Virus record (IMG/VR): IMGVR_UViG_2740892219_000010
Span: 1-64,000 of that record
Reading direction: 5' to 3' (one strand)
Source: a virus
Lineage: Duplodnaviria > Heunggongvirae > Uroviricota > Caudoviricetes
DNA length: 64,000 nt
The translations under genes were made by a program, and so were the position numbers. The notes under the pieces are model-generated. The model worked only from the letters and a program-made list of their open reading frames with translations, had not been told where the DNA came from and made no database searches. Below, in pieces: positions 47,434 through 55,665 of this stretch. The first letter of the stretch is position 1. Each line of letters begins with the position of its first letter.

Positions 47434-47676
47434 ATGGATAAAGAATATAAAACTCTCGTCAATAAAGCACTTGAGCGCTTTCATTTTCGCTTAAACGCAT
47501 CAGGCGCTCATGCTGAACGCGCAGCCCGAGAGTCATTGACCAGAGCTATCAAGAGTATATACGACACGGCTTTTTACGTTGACGACCCGGACGCGCTCGA
47601 CGAGCTTTCCGTACTCGTCTGCGCCGCAGAAAACGGGGACCATATTGAGCCATATAAACTGGGAAATATTGCATGA
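47434..47676 (+). CDS. hypothetical early protein
   Basis: 80-aa ORF. Confidence 0.35.
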   Translation: MDKEYKTLVNKALERFHFRLNASGAHAERAARESLTRAIKSIYDTAFYVDDPDALDELSVLVCAAENGDHIEPYKLGNIA

Positions 47677-47872
47677 GTATATTTATCTCATGGCTTGTTC
47701 TGATTATTTCGGTGGCCTGCGCTATTGGGATTATGCGAATTATTAATTCAGTAAAAAAGATTGAACGCTTTTTCACTGAAGAATAACCGCGCAAATAAGA
47801 CTCCAGGTTAAATAAGAAAATGTGAAAACAATCCGCATTCGCGGAGGTATTCGCACACGCCAAGGAGGCGTA

Positions 47873-48076
47873 ATGGCAATTAAGCATTTTCCTGTCGTTC
47901 GTTTCACCTCCAGAGGACGTGAATACGAAGTTGACGAACGCCTGATTACCACAATCGACAAACACCGTTCAGAAAAGGATGCACATCACATCTATCTCAC
48001 TGACGGTACTTACTTCTGCGCCACCAACGTGGTGCAGGTGAATCTTATCAGACAGGTACAGGAGTCACGCAGATGA
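47873..48076 (+). CDS. hypothetical early protein
   Basis: 68 aa from an internal ATG of ORF 47822-48076. Confidence 0.3.
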   Translation: MAIKHFPVVRFTSRGREYEVDERLITTIDKHRSEKDAHHIYLTDGTYFCATNVVQVNLIRQVQESRR

Positions 48077-48318
48077 CCATTCTGGACTACATCGCTGCCA
48101 ATCCGGGTTGTAGCGGTGGAGAAATCGCCGCAGCACTGAATACACCAACCACAACCATTAATGCGGAGCTACGCCGTCTCTGGCGCAGCGGTTCAGTCAT
48201 AAGAAAAGAGCGCAAAACAGGCGGTCGCTTTTCTTATCAGGTAAACCCGATGCCGTTTGGGTGTAGCAACCCACTAACCCAGATGTTCAACCAGCTACTG
48301 AGGGAAATCAGAGCATGA
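48073..48318 (+). CDS. hypothetical protein, winged-helix-like
   Basis: 81 aa; segment GCSGGEIAAALNTPTTTINAELRRLWRSGSV. Confidence 0.35.
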   Translation: MTILDYIAANPGCSGGEIAAALNTPTTTINAELRRLWRSGSVIRKERKTGGRFSYQVNPMPFGCSNPLTQMFNQLLREIRA

Positions 48319-48459
48319 GCACCTCCTGCTGCCGGAAACCACGTCGGGCTTCAGCAGCTCATCCGGCAGCAAAACAAACTCCGTTAATTCCTGTTCCGGG
48401 CCTTTCCTGCACCTTGCGGCGGGAGGCCTTCGCACATCTGCAACAAGAGGATTGCCGCA

Positions 48460-48825
48460 ATGATTCTCGCCGAAGACTTTTTTGATTACCTGCTGAAAAC
48501 CGAGCGCGATTTTGGTATTCGCGTTCTCGACCGCTATGCAATGTATCTGAAATCACTGCCGGAACAGCAGCTCCCGGACGGCCAGATTGTTATTGACGGG
48601 CGCTACATGGTTGGTAGCTGCCAGGATGATTACACACTTTCCCGCATCGAAAGCGGCACGCCTTCCGTACTGGGTATTTACCAGCGAACTTCATTTCTGA
48701 TTGCTGATGTAATTGCTGACAGCATTCGCATAACACACCGTTATGCCAGCACAGAGAGCACCATGCAGGAAATCCAGCGGCTGGCTACCGTCTGCCACAA
48801 TGCACTGAGCGGCAAGGCGGAGTAG
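48460..48825 (+). CDS. hypothetical early protein
   Basis: 121-aa ORF immediately upstream of the A gene. Confidence 0.35.
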   Translation: MILAEDFFDYLLKTERDFGIRVLDRYAMYLKSLPEQQLPDGQIVIDGRYMVGSCQDDYTLSRIESGTPSVLGIYQRTSFLIADVIADSIRITHRYASTESTMQEIQRLATVCHNALSGKAE

Positions 48826-48830
48826 TCAGC

Positions 48831-51653
48831 GTGGCAACGGAGTACATCAGAAACTGGCAACAACCACGCCATGCAGTCGGTCGCGAGGGAACGGGGGAGC
48901 CTGTCCGCCCCTCCCTTCTTTCTTCCTGGCTGGATGCCTACCGGGCAGAGAACGAGCGCCGCCAGGAAATGGCTGATGCGGCGTTCTCCGCCACGCCGCT
49001 GGGCAATTTGATTAATAAAAACCTGGACGCACAGGAAAAACAGGACAAAGCCATCACACTGGCAAGAGAAGCCAGAAAACAGGCGTGTGGCGCGGTGGAT
49101 GAAGCAATTGCCGCACTGCGCCTGCTGCCGTCCTATCTGCGAGATCCGCTTATCCGCCATCTCTCTTTCCTGCGCAAAAAACAGGAATCCGATCGTCAGA
49201 AAGGCAAAAAGAGCTGGCAGGCTGAACGCTACGCGCGCGGAACCCTGCGCAAAATATTCGAACGTCTGGAGCGCACCGACAGACGCTGGCTGACACCGGG
49301 TTATCGCTCCCTTGCCGGGCGTGAACGCCTGGATGATTTACTTTACCTGCCGCAGCTCAACAAACACCAGATACAGACGCTGGCCGTCATGACAGCGGCG
49401 ATGTTCAGCAGCACCTTCGAAAAACTCTGCGATGACTTTGGCGCGACCGATGGCGAGCTGACCATGGATATAACGCTGAAGGCGTATCAGATGCTGGCCC
49501 GCATGGCGTTACATCTGCACACAGTGCCGCCGCATTATGACGCACTGACAACAGACAAAGACCGGAAGAACGAACCGGACACGGAGCTGCTGCCGGGTGC
49601 AATCCTCCGCCTGACCTGTGCGGACTGGTGGAAACGCAAATTGTGGCTTTTACGTTGCGAATGGAGAGAGGAACAACTCCGCGCTGCCTGTCTGGTTTCC
49701 AGAAAAACATCCCCCTATCTGAGTCAGGACGCATTAAGTGAATTTCGCGCACAGCGCGAGAAAACACGCGATTTCCTGAAAAGTTTCATGCTGGAAAATG
49801 AAGACGGGTTCACGATTGATCTTGAGACGGTGTATTACGCGGGAGTAAGTAACCCGGTCCACCGTAAGGCAGAAATGATGGCCACCATGAAGGGGCTGGA
49901 ACTTCTGGCCGAAGCCCGTGGCGACAAAGCGGTATTTCTGACCGTTACCTGCCCGTCAAAATATCACGCAACAACGGAGAACGGTCATCCGAATCCCAAA
50001 TGGAACGGCGCCACCATGCGCGATTCCAGCGATTACCTGGTTAACACTTTTTTTAAGGCAGTCCGCAAAAAACTGAACCGCGACGACCTGCGCTGGTATG
50101 GTATCCGCACGGTGGAGCCACACCATGACGGCACCGTGCACTGGCACATGATGGTCTTTGCACATCCTGAAGAAATCGACAGCATCGTGGACATCACCCG
50201 TGATATTGCCATTCGCGAAGACCGCCACGAGCTGGGCAATGACATAACTCCGCGCTTTAAGGCAGAGTACGTCGACGGTTCGAAAGGTACGCCGACCAGC
50301 TACATCGCCACCTACATCGGAAAGAACCTGGACAGCCGCGCCGTGGATGGCATTGACCCGAAAACAGGCAAGCCACGCGTTGATCACGAAACCGGAAAAT
50401 CAATGACCGAGAGCGTGGAACGCGCCATCGGCTGGGCGCGCCTTCACCGCGTCCGCCAGTTCCAGTTCTTTGGTATCCCCTCCCGTCAGGTATGGCGTGA
50501 ACTCCGCCGCCTTGCCAGTCAGATGGCCCGCAACCCGGAAGGTCCACAACGTCTGGAAAATGACGCAATGGATGCGGTACTCGCTGCCGCTGATGCCGGG
50601 TGTTTTGCCACCTACATTGAGAAACAGGGGGGCGTACTTGTTCCACGCAAGGATTACCTGATTCGCACCGCCTACGACCTCGCAGAAGAGCTGAACGATT
50701 ACGGCGAGCAAAGCGTACAGATTTACGGGATCTGGTCGCCACAAATCGGGGAATCTTCCCGCGTGTGCACGCACCCGGATAACTGGAAGCTGGTAAGACG
50801 TAAACCGGAAGCGGAAGACAGCGCCCGCGAAAATGGTTTTGACCTTCAGGGCGGCCCTGCCGCCCCTTGGACTCGTGGCAATAACTGTCCCCGTGTACAG
50901 GAAACGGACAACAACGGGACAGAACAGCCGGAAGAACGGCCAGCACCGTGGCCGCAGCTTCCTGACGGCGTTGAAGTGAATGAATGGATGCGCTCACTGA
51001 AACGGCACGAACGCCGGGCGCTGATGCGTTCGCTGCGTGACAAACAGGCAAAAAACAGCAGTGATGAAATGCAGAACTGGACACAGAGCCGCAAACAGCC
51101 GCGGCCTTTGCCTGATAACCACGAGTTACTCGCTAAAGAATGGCGGGAGTCTGCCGAATCTCTCGGCCTGCATATCGGTAAACAACAGATGCTGCACCTG
51201 TTACGGGGCGGCAGTCTGTACGTTGACGGCAGCATCATTGCGCCGCAGGGATATGAAATTGTACGTAAACCGGATACCCGACCGGACAGCCGAATCACGC
51301 AGCTCTGGCAGCGCCTGAGCCGTAATCACAGCGTAAGCAGCACGGAGATCCGCCATAACCCGGTTTCCAGCTATCTGAAACAGCTCGGTGCATCAGACCC
51401 AGAAGCCGCCGCACGCCTGGCATCCACACTTCAGCAGGACCAGAACACCATGAAAACCCCCGTTACCGTGCTTTCTGACATGCTGCGCGCCATCCGTGAC
51501 GCAGAGCACGCACAGAGAATCAGTGAAACCACTGAACGCGCCCACCGCAAAGCAGACCTGCTGCGGGGTGGCCTGACCCGTGGGAACAAAAAACAGACAG
51601 AAACGGGATTCACAAATCCCGTAAATGAGCAAAAAACGCGCCGCGAAATATGA
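48831..51653 (+). CDS. replication initiation endonuclease (P2 gpA-like rolling-circle Rep) with long C-terminal extension
   Basis: 940 aa; HUH-type motif (TVHWHMMVFAH) and Tyr motif (SYIATYIGKNLD); P2 A is ~760 aa, so ~180 extra C-terminal residues. Confidence 0.8.
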   Translation: MATEYIRNWQQPRHAVGREGTGEPVRPSLLSSWLDAYRAENERRQEMADAAFSATPLGNLINKNLDAQEKQDKAITLAREARKQACGAVDEAIAALRLLPSYLRDPLIRHLSFLRKKQESDRQKGKKSWQAERYARGTLRKIFERLERTDRRWLTPGYRSLAGRERLDDLLYLPQLNKHQIQTLAVMTAAMFSSTFEKLCDDFGATDGELTMDITLKAYQMLARMALHLHTVPPHYDALTTDKDRKNEPDTELLPGAILRLTCADWWKRKLWLLRCEWREEQLRAACLVSRKTSPYLSQDALSEFRAQREKTRDFLKSFMLENEDGFTIDLETVYYAGVSNPVHRKAEMMATMKGLELLAEARGDKAVFLTVTCPSKYHATTENGHPNPKWNGATMRDSSDYLVNTFFKAVRKKLNRDDLRWYGIRTVEPHHDGTVHWHMMVFAHPEEIDSIVDITRDIAIREDRHELGNDITPRFKAEYVDGSKGTPTSYIATYIGKNLDSRAVDGIDPKTGKPRVDHETGKSMTESVERAIGWARLHRVRQFQFFGIPSRQVWRELRRLASQMARNPEGPQRLENDAMDAVLAAADAGCFATYIEKQGGVLVPRKDYLIRTAYDLAEELNDYGEQSVQIYGIWSPQIGESSRVCTHPDNWKLVRRKPEAEDSARENGFDLQGGPAAPWTRGNNCPRVQETDNNGTEQPEERPAPWPQLPDGVEVNEWMRSLKRHERRALMRSLRDKQAKNSSDEMQNWTQSRKQPRPLPDNHELLAKEWRESAESLGLHIGKQQMLHLLRGGSLYVDGSIIAPQGYEIVRKPDTRPDSRITQLWQRLSRNHSVSSTEIRHNPVSSYLKQLGASDPEAAARLASTLQQDQNTMKTPVTVLSDMLRAIRDAEHAQRISETTERAHRKADLLRGGLTRGNKKQTETGFTNPVNEQKTRREI
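51604..51621. promoter_or_regulatory. palindrome CGGGATT-CACA-AATCCCG (copy 1)
   Basis: 7-bp inverted arms; inside the 3' end of the A gene; second copy 73 bp downstream. Confidence 0.45.
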
Positions 51654-51676
51654 AGCGCGCACAAAACAGGCAAAAG

Positions 51677-51694
51677 CGGGATTTCAGAATCCCG
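51677..51694. promoter_or_regulatory. palindrome CGGGATT-TCAG-AATCCCG (copy 2), upstream of parM
   Basis: Same arms as copy 1; 36 bp upstream of the parM start; candidate centromere or operator element. Confidence 0.45.
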
Positions 51695-51729
51695 TAAACG
51701 ATTAATTAATCAACATAAGGAAAATCGAC

Positions 51730-52689
51730 ATGAAAATTTGCATCGACGACGGCTCCACCAACATCAAGCTGGCATGGACTGAGAACGGCGAACGCCGCAA
51801 CGCCATCAGCCCGAACAGCTTCAAGTCGGAATGGTCTGCGCCGTTCGGTGGCTCGCAGCCTGCGAACTACCTGCTTGATGGCGTGCGCTATGGTTTTGAT
51901 CCGGTCAGCGATCGCTTTGTCCAGACGACCGACACGCAATACCAGTACAGCGATGTGAATGTAATCGCCATTCACCACGCACTGGTCAAATCAGGCATCA
52001 CACCACAGGAAGTGGATGTGGTTGTCACCCTGCCACTGAGCGAATATTTCGACACAAACGCACAGCCGGACATGGCCAACATCAACCGCAAAAAAGCGAA
52101 CGTCATGCGCCCGGTGGAGTACCAGAACGGTGAGGCATTCACTATCCGTAACGTGCGGGTTATGCCTGAATCCATTCCGGCTGGCTTTAAGGCACTGGCT
52201 GACATGAGTCCGTTTGAATCCCTGCTGATTGTGGATTTGGGCGGAACCACGCTGGATGTGGCAAAGGTTCAGGGGCAACTGGCAGGCATCAGCCAGGTGT
52301 TTTGCGATCCACACGTAGGCGTTTCCCTGATGGCTGATGCCGTGCTGTCGGTGATGGCCACTAACGGTATGCGTACCAGTCACCACATCGCCAATACCAT
52401 TATTGAGCACCGTCACGATGAAGCCTGGCTACGCCAGCACATTCACAATGACGCGCATTACAACAGCCTGATGGCGGTTATTCGTGAAAAGGAGGAGACA
52501 CTGAAACAACGCGTGATCCGCGCACTCGCGGGCTTTTCGGGTTACGGGCGGGTGCTGGTTGTCGGTGGAGGAGCGGAGATTGTGGCACCCGCAGTCCGTG
52601 AAGTCTATGGAGTCAATGCGAATTTCATCACAGACGGGGTGCCACAGTTTGCTCTGGTTAACGGTCTGTACGCTATGGATAAGGAGTAA
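51730..52689 (+). CDS. parM: ParM/StbA-family actin-like segregation ATPase
   Basis: 319 aa with strong collinear similarity to plasmid R1 ParM as recalled (ICIDDGSTNIKLAW; QYSDVNVIAIHHAL; LIVDLGGTTLDVAKV; VVGGGAEIV). Confidence 0.8.
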   Translation: MKICIDDGSTNIKLAWTENGERRNAISPNSFKSEWSAPFGGSQPANYLLDGVRYGFDPVSDRFVQTTDTQYQYSDVNVIAIHHALVKSGITPQEVDVVVTLPLSEYFDTNAQPDMANINRKKANVMRPVEYQNGEAFTIRNVRVMPESIPAGFKALADMSPFESLLIVDLGGTTLDVAKVQGQLAGISQVFCDPHVGVSLMADAVLSVMATNGMRTSHHIANTIIEHRHDEAWLRQHIHNDAHYNSLMAVIREKEETLKQRVIRALAGFSGYGRVLVVGGGAEIVAPAVREVYGVNANFITDGVPQFALVNGLYAMDKE

Positions 52690-52695
52690 CCCTCC

Positions 52696-53007
52696 ATGGC
52701 GACATTAACCAGAAGAATAAGTTTCTATCTGAAGCCAGCCGCCGTCAAGAACGAAGGCGAAGCATGCGCCTAGCTGGACAGCCTTACACCAGAAGCCCGC
52801 AAAAGCGGCCAGCGCGTGGCTTTTCTGGCCGGGCTGGCACTTCTGAAGATGAATCCGGCAGAGGCTTACCGACTGGCTGCATGGGCTGATGATGAAGCGT
52901 TATCAGTGACACAAACCAGGACAGAATCCCCCGCGTCACAGCCAGTATCAACCGCACAGATAACCAGTCAGATAGCAGGGAATATCCGGGCATTATTTCC
53001 TGAATGA
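52696..53007 (+). pseudogene. parR: parR-like gene interrupted by an in-frame amber codon
   Basis: ATG 52696 with RBS AAGGAG; 25 codons (MATLTRRISFYLKPAAVKNEGEACA) then TAG at 52771-52773; same frame continues open to 53007 with a ParR-like segment (AFLAGLALLKMNPAEA...NIRALFPE). A GTG at 52816 could restart translation without the N-terminal domain. Confidence 0.45.
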
Positions 53008-53067
53008 CGAATTTGACGGCTTTTAATTTTATCGGGGTGCACTGTCGCCCCGCACGAGGAAAACACG

Positions 53068-53592
53068 ATGAAAAAATACGAATACATGCTAATGAAAGAA
53101 GCACTGCGGGCTGGTCTGGCTCCCTGTCCTGTATCCGTAGAAGCTGTTGTTGGGAACACGATTTTCCGAACGCTGCGAAATCGCGTATCCGTGAAGATGA
53201 TTCACCAACCACCCAAATCTACCAGCATGATCTATCTGCCGCTGCCCGAGGCTATCAAACTTATGCGTTCGCTGAAATTTGCGATTTGGATGCAGACACA
53301 ACTCAACAAAGCGGTGCAAAACACCTTCGTCAAGAAACTGATGCCGGAGCTTGCTGCCAGACGTGCAAAATGTACCAGACCCGCACTTCAATTTGATCTG
53401 TCATTGATTCAACAAGCTACGGAGGCAGAACTGTACCGCCTGTCACCTCTCCGCGATGCTCACACGGAAGCCTCAGAAATGTTCCGGCTCATGTTTCAAT
53501 TTAATTTTGCCGTTCGACGCACACGCGTTCAGGTCAATCGCATGATGCAGGCGCAGGAAGAGCTGGCGCAACACAAAGGAGACAACCAGTGA
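53068..53592 (+). CDS. hypothetical protein (P2 A-to-cos hotspot cargo)
   Basis: 174 aa, RBS GAGGAAAA; no recognised family. Confidence 0.45.
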   Translation: MKKYEYMLMKEALRAGLAPCPVSVEAVVGNTIFRTLRNRVSVKMIHQPPKSTSMIYLPLPEAIKLMRSLKFAIWMQTQLNKAVQNTFVKKLMPELAARRAKCTRPALQFDLSLIQQATEAELYRLSPLRDAHTEASEMFRLMFQFNFAVRRTRVQVNRMMQAQEELAQHKGDNQ

Positions 53593-54128
53593 GCAAGATT
53601 GACTATCAGGCACTACAAATGGCAGCAGAACGGGCAATTCCGGCAATGGAACGCCTGTTAATATTGCCAGTTGATGATGATTTGTTAAGCGAACAGGAAC
53701 TTAAAGATTGCGGTGTGGATATTGACGCGATCAACACCTTCAGACTTCTGGCTGGACCGGAAGACATGCTGGCACTGCTGGATGAACTGGAAACAGCAAA
53801 AAAGCGCATCGCTGAACTGGAAAAAATCGCAACTGACCATGCACTTAAATTCCAGAAAGCACAGGACGCATTAAAGTATGCCGCTTTGCTGCATAGCCGA
53901 ACGGCGCAACAAACCAATAATTTTGCAGTATTGCTTTCGGACATAAGCGAATATTTCATTAATAACGTATTTCAGCCCTTGCGATACGAGCGAGACGTTG
54001 AAAGAGCCATCATAAAGGCTGGCGGAAAAGCATTGTGGCAGGAGAAGCACGAGGAAAGAACGCATCAGCTAAGTGATGTAAATAGTGGATGGTTATGCCC
54101 ACTGACAGAAGGTAAAAAGAACACCTAA
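53589..54128 (+). CDS. hypothetical protein (possibly Ead/Ea22-like; hotspot cargo)
   Basis: 179 aa, overlaps the upstream stop; N-terminus MSKIDYQALQMAAERA resembles the start of Ead/Ea22-like phage proteins as recalled. Confidence 0.4.
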   Translation: MSKIDYQALQMAAERAIPAMERLLILPVDDDLLSEQELKDCGVDIDAINTFRLLAGPEDMLALLDELETAKKRIAELEKIATDHALKFQKAQDALKYAALLHSRTAQQTNNFAVLLSDISEYFINNVFQPLRYERDVERAIIKAGGKALWQEKHEERTHQLSDVNSGWLCPLTEGKKNT

Positions 54129-54129
54129 T

Positions 54130-54618
54130 TTCCTCTCAAACCAGGGCGATAATCGCGCATCGCCCTGCTGCACAATAGTGCACAAATTTGCACAATTTTT
54201 TTGAACGACTTTTTGCCCTTCCGGCCCGCGTGGCGGCTGGATCCGTCAAGGATCCGTGCGTGCACAAAAAAACGCGTTTTTTCTGCGCGCAGGTGACGGG
54301 GGAACAGCCCGCGTTTCAGGGGGTAAATAGCATCCCCTGAACGATGTCGCAGAGACACAACAGAATGGCCGTATTTCTCACGCTGAGCGTGAAAAATACG
54401 TGAGGGATTCTGATTTGATGGGGTGAAAGGTAAGGCCGTCAAAATCGCACTGAGGCGGCGAGAACATGCAGTCAACGCGGTGGGATTGAGTAAGAGTCTG
54501 ACCGTCGATGGTGGCGATAAACTGGAAGGCGTCGTGAAATTATCTGACTGATACAGGAGCTGGAGAGTCGGGGCATAAATTTTTATGCCCCGGCGAAGCA
54601 GCAGACAAGCGAAGCGCG
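54130..54618. other. non-coding region in the position of P2 cos / packaging site
   Basis: ~490 bp without convincing ORFs between the cargo genes and portal Q; contains three tandem 10-bp repeats TGCACAAWWK (54171-54200) and palindromes; cosN not identifiable by eye. Confidence 0.4.
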
Positions 54619-55665
54619 TCAGGATGTGGGCTGGGTGTCTAACAGTGCGTAAGGGTTAAAGCGGATCACCTCTTCGCCAAGCCAGTCATTGATGTGCTTC
54701 ATGGCCTCCATGACGGGCATCAGCTCGTTAATTGCGTAAACCCGCGCGGCCTTCTCCACATCACCAAACGCACTTTTTTCACCCGGCATCGCCCCCATCA
54801 GTTGCGGCGGAACGCGGTGCGCAGCCAGCACATCATCACGGGATGCCGCCTTAACATTCATGAACTCATCCTTTGCGGTGATCTGCTGGAACGGCAAAAT
54901 TTGCACCCCCTCTTTGCCCCCGTTGGGCGCATGAATGAGCACGTTTTTAAACGCACCACCACCACGCGCACCCTGTAGCGTTTCTTTCAGGGAGTCCATG
55001 CTTTCGCGGTTTACCTGCGCTGCACCGATGTAGATGATGCACCCGGCGTGGGATCCATTGTCGTAATACAGTTTTCTGAACATGTCCGCCGAATGAGACA
55101 GGCTGGCCGAGAGTAATGCGCCGAGATATTCCGGCATGCCGTAGATTTCCTGGTTAATGTCAGGATTCATCAGGTGGCACACTTTGCCAGGGCGAAACTG
55201 AAACGCGTCCTTACCATCCTGCACATACCACCATGATTCAAGATCGCTTCCGCGTCGCATGTATTTCGCCAGGGCGTGCCGTAATTTAAGCGGTTCGCCG
55301 AGCATATTGCTTCGAAGCTCAAGAAATGCGTTACCGAACACAAACCAGTCCAGCGCCAGCGCCGAGAAATCCTGCCGGGAAAGCAGCGGGTGCGGAATAT
55401 AGCAACCGAGCAATACATTGCGCTTAAAGTAAAGCGCAGACTGATGCCAGGACGTTTGCCGGGCGGATCTTGCCAGACCGTACCAGTCCACCGGGGTTTC
55501 ATACCACCGCCCGTTATCAGCACAGTACATATTGTCCAGCAGGTCATGCCCGGTCAGGCGATAAGGACCATCAAATGTGAATGCACTGAGCGATGATTCT
55601 TTCCTGAGCGCATCAGCGAGATCAATGCGTGAACTCATGCGCACTTTTTTATTTTTTCTGCTCAT
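54619..55665 (-). CDS. portal protein (P2 gpQ-like)
   Basis: 348 aa (P2 Q is ~344 aa), divergent from the O-N-M-L operon, adjacent to terminase P. Confidence 0.85.
   Translation of the reverse strand: MSRKNKKVRMSSRIDLADALRKESSLSAFTFDGPYRLTGHDLLDNMYCADNGRWYETPVDWYGLARSARQTSWHQSALYFKRNVLLGCYIPHPLLSRQDFSALALDWFVFGNAFLELRSNMLGEPLKLRHALAKYMRRGSDLESWWYVQDGKDAFQFRPGKVCHLMNPDINQEIYGMPEYLGALLSASLSHSADMFRKLYYDNGSHAGCIIYIGAAQVNRESMDSLKETLQGARGGGAFKNVLIHAPNGGKEGVQILPFQQITAKDEFMNVKAASRDDVLAAHRVPPQLMGAMPGEKSAFGDVEKAARVYAINELMPVMEAMKHINDWLGEEVIRFNPYALLDTQPTS

Noticed and set aside
50257-51084. 275-aa minus-strand ORF, plus other long antisense ORFs such as 49956-50387 and 50846-51298
   Set aside because: All lie inside the replication gene A coding region on the opposite strand; Arg/Cys/Pro-rich low-complexity translations with no RBS.
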